Shown here one piece after another: positions 59,824-64,000 of a stretch of DNA of 64,000 nucleotides. The stretch is from Candidatus Thorarchaeota archaeon (GTDB taxonomy: Archaea > Asgardarchaeota > Thorarchaeia > Thorarchaeales > Thorarchaeaceae). Within the stretch, counting starts at the first letter, position 1. Each line of letters begins with the position of its first letter. Location of the stretch: NCBI GenBank assembly GCA_029855935.1, contig JAGSHN010000012.1:64001-128000 (forward strand). Reading direction: 5' to 3'. The position numbers and the translations under genes were made by a program. Under the pieces are notes generated by a model that searched no databases, had not been told where the DNA came from, and saw nothing but the letters and a program-made list of their open reading frames with translations.

Positions 59824-60045
59824 ATGAAGGTCGTGACTATCTGCCTGCCCGAGTCATATGTTGAGGGGATGGACAAGCTCATCAAGAAGGCTATGTACCC
59901 CAATCGCTCTGAGGTGATTCGTATTGCCATTCGCGACCTCTTGATGGATGAGCTCTGGGGATCCCGTCGGTCAGGACACTCCCGTCCTCTGATGACACAC
60001 ATAGAGGAGTCCCTCGCAGAGTCTTGTTCCCGCGCGAGCGAGTGA
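59824..60045 (+). CDS. Ribbon-helix-helix (CopG) regulator
   Basis: MKVVTICLPESYVEGMDKLI...YPNRSEVIRIAIRDL. Confidence 0.9.
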   Translation: MKVVTICLPESYVEGMDKLIKKAMYPNRSEVIRIAIRDLLMDELWGSRRSGHSRPLMTHIEESLAESCSRASE

Positions 60046-60192
60046 CCGTACCTTGCATATCTTCTCTCACCGATGTATTTGACCGAGCTACCTTTTTTTG
60101 TTCTCACTTCTACAGACTCGACCGAGTCTGAGTGTCGTGTATCGACATCAGAGACATACGTGACAATGCTCCACCAATGGAGTTGAAGAAGA

Positions 60193-60822
60193 ATGGTAAT
60201 GCGCAGGTTGTTTGGTCGGAAGAAGGAAGAAAAGAAAGAAGAAAAGGGGACCGAAGAGGCCGTCGAAGAGGCTGCCGAAGCGGCGGCCGAGGAAACAGCC
60301 GCGGAGGCAGCTGAGGGGCCAGTGCCAGAACCGGAGAGTGCTGCTGCCGAAGAGAGCAGCCCACTGGAGGTTGTCAACGAGCCCGCGGCAGAGTCGAGGC
60401 CCGAAAGTGCCGCTCCTGAGGAGACGATTCCCTATCATGACTCTCTTCAGAAGCGACTGAAGTATCTCCTTGAGGAGTCTGAGATCTCATCTACAATTCG
60501 ACCAGAGGACGAGTTTACAATCGAGATCATGGCGATGGGTGAGCGAGTGTGGGTCAGAAAGAGAGCGCACGGCCCTATAGAGTACGGCACTGGTGCCATA
60601 TCTGACAAAGATGTCTTCATCCGGGTCGCGAACGACGTCGTGCGTGAGCTGCTTGACGCACCCAACTTCACAGAGTTCTCGCGTACCTACATGCACTACT
60701 ACCGGAATGCTGACCCAGGAAAGTTCGTAAAGATTGAGCTTCGGAGATCAATCGATGAACTCACGCCTCGCGGCTATGCTCGCTGTCCACTGTTGAAGCT
60801 GCTGGTCGGCGAGTGGAGATAG
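60193..60822 (+). CDS. Hypothetical protein: basic N-terminus, Glu/Ala linker, globular C-domain
   Basis: Coding-like composition; E/A/P low-complexity region at about aa 12-76. Confidence 0.75.
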   Translation: MVMRRLFGRKKEEKKEEKGTEEAVEEAAEAAAEETAAEAAEGPVPEPESAAAEESSPLEVVNEPAAESRPESAAPEETIPYHDSLQKRLKYLLEESEISSTIRPEDEFTIEIMAMGERVWVRKRAHGPIEYGTGAISDKDVFIRVANDVVRELLDAPNFTEFSRTYMHYYRNADPGKFVKIELRRSIDELTPRGYARCPLLKLLVGEWR

Positions 60823-60893
60823 TCGTTCTCTGAGGTACCTTCACCAACCTTATATTGTGGGGCGCAGGGCAACGCGCACCAGTTGCCCTGTGA

Positions 60894-61610
<717 letters not shown>

Positions 61611-61653
61611 AGCGCGCATACGTACGTCACTGTTCGTGCCGTGGGTGGGACCA

Positions 61654-62553
61654 ATGGTGAAGGTATCAATAGAATGTGCCCATTGTCTGCTCCAGAGAGC
61701 CGTGAATCAAGTACAGCTTGCAACAGACGACCCCGAACTTCAGATGCGAGTCATAGCGGAGATGACCCGATTTCTTGCGAAGCGGTTCACTGCAGATGCA
61801 GTCCCCAGCCACATCGGTACGGACCGTGACCTGCTCGTACAGAGGATGACCGGACGTGATCCCTATGCGGACCTGAAGCGGCAGTCCAACAAGATGGCGC
61901 TACAGCTGCTACCCCGCCTCCTCTCGATAGTGGAGTCCTCGCCGGACGGGGAGGCGAGATTCCGGCGGGCCGCCCTGATTGCTGCAGCGGCAAACGCTAT
62001 CGAGTTCGATGTGTCGGGTCGTGACTTCAGCCTTGAGGAACTCCAGTCAATACTAGACAGGGTGGAGCACGATCTCGCTATCGACATGGTTGACGAGTTC
62101 AGGCACCTCTGCTCCGAGGTTGACGAGGTCATCTATCTGACGGACAACGCCGGAGAGATAGTACTCGATACTGTTCTCATATCCGAGATTCGTCGGCTGG
62201 GTCCGCGCGTGGTTGTCTACGTCAAGGGTGGGCCAGTCCTCAACGACGCGACAATGGAGGACGCTGAGGAGGTCGGTCTTCATCGGTACGCCGACGAGGT
62301 GCGTGACACGGGTGCTCCCGCCATTGGGGTCAATCCCGAGCGAAACTCAAGGGAATTCCTCGATGCGGTCCTCTCTGCTCAGCTGATCGTCGCCAAGGGG
62401 ATGGGCAACTACGAGTCTATGACCGAGTTCGACCCGCCCTGTCCCGTCGTCCACATCATGCGCACGAAGTGCAACACAGTCGCAAGTCACGTGGGTGTTC
62501 CGCGGGACAAGAACGTGGTCCTGATACGATATCCTCCGCAGCAGGTCACCTAG
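61654..62553 (+). CDS. DUF89/ARMT1-like damage-control phosphatase
   Basis: N-terminal CxxC, DPY..LK..SN, DNAGE...D, LNDAT, KGMGNYE. Confidence 0.92.
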   Translation: MVKVSIECAHCLLQRAVNQVQLATDDPELQMRVIAEMTRFLAKRFTADAVPSHIGTDRDLLVQRMTGRDPYADLKRQSNKMALQLLPRLLSIVESSPDGEARFRRAALIAAAANAIEFDVSGRDFSLEELQSILDRVEHDLAIDMVDEFRHLCSEVDEVIYLTDNAGEIVLDTVLISEIRRLGPRVVVYVKGGPVLNDATMEDAEEVGLHRYADEVRDTGAPAIGVNPERNSREFLDAVLSAQLIVAKGMGNYESMTEFDPPCPVVHIMRTKCNTVASHVGVPRDKNVVLIRYPPQQVT

Positions 62554-63377
62554 TTTCCCGCGCTGTACGGCCGGATGACCCTCGAGACCGGTTGGGTCTG
62601 GAAGAACGTGAACTTCGTGTCCGGGAACTGGAGACTCAGGTAGTTGTACAGTCTCCTCATTCCTGGTTCCTCGGTGTAGAAGTCACCAGTCTCGATGACG
62701 TTGATGCCCTCCTCGCTCGCCAGCAGTCTGACCTCAGGGGGGAGTGTGCCGGTCACTATTGTGCGAATCCCCTCCCTCTTGGTCCTCACTATCTCAGGCA
62801 TATCTAGAATGGTGCCGGCAACGACAAGTATGTCCTCGACATCTTGGTCGAGATCGCCAGTAAAGAGGATGTTGTCCACAGCAAGTTTTCCGGCAACGAG
62901 ATTGACCAGTGTGGAGTGATTGATGGTGTCCTCGGTGCGACAGACCCTGCCGATGGGCACCTGCGTACCAAGATCCCCCCTGGTCTCGAACTTCCGGAGC
63001 GACTTCATCTCCAAGACGTCCACGAGAGCATCGGTCAGGCCATCACGTGCCGCAATCCACGGACTCCCCATTACGTATAGCGACATGTAGTTCTTGAGAA
63101 TGAGTCGAAGGCGAATCTCGTCGATACCCGTGATTCTGTCCACAGGCCAGATGAAGAGGGGCCGCTCAGTTATGATCAAGTTCGCCTTCGCCTGAGAGGC
63201 CTGCGCGACTGCTCGAGGTGAAGGATATGTAGTCACTAGGACACGACTCACAGCCGTCTGCGCCTGTTCCACGTCTGTCTGCGGACCAACCTCGACGCGG
63301 CTCTCAAGACCCTGCAGGACGAACTCAGGGGGCGCCAGAGTGGCAAGATGGCTCACTATGTCTCTCAGGGTTATCAT
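62550..63377 (-). CDS. Nif3/DUF34-like protein with degenerate metal site
   Basis: Nif3-like layout (LAP, LIITERPLF, GRV, IVTG, GDFYTEEPGM) but His ligands absent. Confidence 0.75.
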   Translation of the reverse strand: MITLRDIVSHLATLAPPEFVLQGLESRVEVGPQTDVEQAQTAVSRVLVTTYPSPRAVAQASQAKANLIITERPLFIWPVDRITGIDEIRLRLILKNYMSLYVMGSPWIAARDGLTDALVDVLEMKSLRKFETRGDLGTQVPIGRVCRTEDTINHSTLVNLVAGKLAVDNILFTGDLDQDVEDILVVAGTILDMPEIVRTKREGIRTIVTGTLPPEVRLLASEEGINVIETGDFYTEEPGMRRLYNYLSLQFPDTKFTFFQTQPVSRVIRPYSAGN

Positions 63378-63482
63378 GGTGCGCACCTGTCACAAGGACC
63401 AGCGTGAACGGGGCTGACGTGCCCACTACCACTGGTAGGTGGCTCCACCTAAGTTTACCGCTCGACGACAGGACGCATTCTG

Positions 63483-63857
63483 CTATTCAGATGGGGTGGC
63501 GTCCATGTCCTCGCCCTCGAAATCTGTGTCGGCCTCGTCGGGGAGTTCCTCACCCTCCTCTTCCTCAAAGTCCTCGTCTACGCTGTAGATCTCCTCGAGT
63601 TCCTCCCCAATATCAATCTCCTCAATCTCAGGCTCCTTGGCCTTCTCTCTCTTCTTCTCCTTCTTCTTGCCCTTCTTCTCAGGCCTCTTGGCCTGCTCCC
63701 CTATCCTGCCATGACGTCTCTTGAGCAGGAGCCAGTATCTCGCCCTAGCCTTGCGTAGTCTCCGCATTCGCCTGAAGTCGGTTGCTGAGGGATTCTGGGT
63801 CTTCCTCAGGCGTGTCAGTTCTCGTACAAGGGCCTTCTCTTTGTTCAAGCCTGCCAT
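63483..63857 (-). CDS. Bipolar hypothetical protein (basic N-half, acidic C-tail)
   Basis: AAGGAG immediately upstream; in-frame stop at 63957-63959 shows the gene is not truncated by the window edge. Confidence 0.75.
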   Translation of the reverse strand: MAGLNKEKALVRELTRLRKTQNPSATDFRRMRRLRKARARYWLLLKRRHGRIGEQAKRPEKKGKKKEKKREKAKEPEIEEIDIGEELEEIYSVDEDFEEEEGEELPDEADTDFEGEDMDATPSE

Positions 63858-63952
63858 CTCCTTCAAAGAGTCGACTGTCCAGAAGTAGTTCTTGTTATAA
63901 CTGTGACGTTGTAGATTCCTATGGGAGAGATGCAGCCATGGGCAATCCTTTT

Positions 63953-63981
63953 CACATCAGACGCAGTCCTCATCTGATGTG
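63953..63981. promoter_or_regulatory. 9-bp inverted repeat
   Basis: CACATCAGA-N11-TCTGATGTG upstream of the last CDS. Confidence 0.4.
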
Positions 63982-64000
63982 CGACTGTGGCGGGAGTGAT

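Noticed and set aside
63953-63981. SECIS element or C/D box sRNA
   Set aside because: ATGAGGA...CTGA spacing is too short for either, and upstream context is cut by the window edge

Overview
Gene-dense archaeal chromosomal segment, roughly mid-to-high 50s % GC by eye. Archaeal markers include ABCE1/RLI, PriL, archaeal-type TPI, bifunctional FBP aldolase/phosphatase, IorAB, DPS-like ferritin and BRE/TATA-type promoters. The large paralogous FtsX permeases, double-wHTH regulator, Par14-like parvulin and GOLD-like protein suggest an Asgard archaeon, possibly Thorarchaeia (inference). About 64 CDS cover central carbon metabolism, oxidative-stress defence and DNA repair, three ABC systems, RNA/ribosome processing and several surface proteins. 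No rRNA, tRNA, CRISPR array or transposase was recognised. Main observations: (1) two tandem type-I membrane proteins with catalytically degenerate M28 heads on matched nine-repeat Ca-binding stalks, next to a MacB/FtsX ABC operon with two permeases and two ATPases; (2) a Tk-subtilisin-like protease whose propeptide is reduced to its C-terminal tail; (3) a lower-GC tandem GOLD-like/Zn-ribbon gene; (4) a probable CTG start for priL; (5) a Par14-like parvulin; (6) a Cys-to-Glu change in an ABCE1 Fe-S ligand; (7) a repeat-expanded ABC nucleotide-binding domain. All calls come from manual motif recognition; no searches were run.
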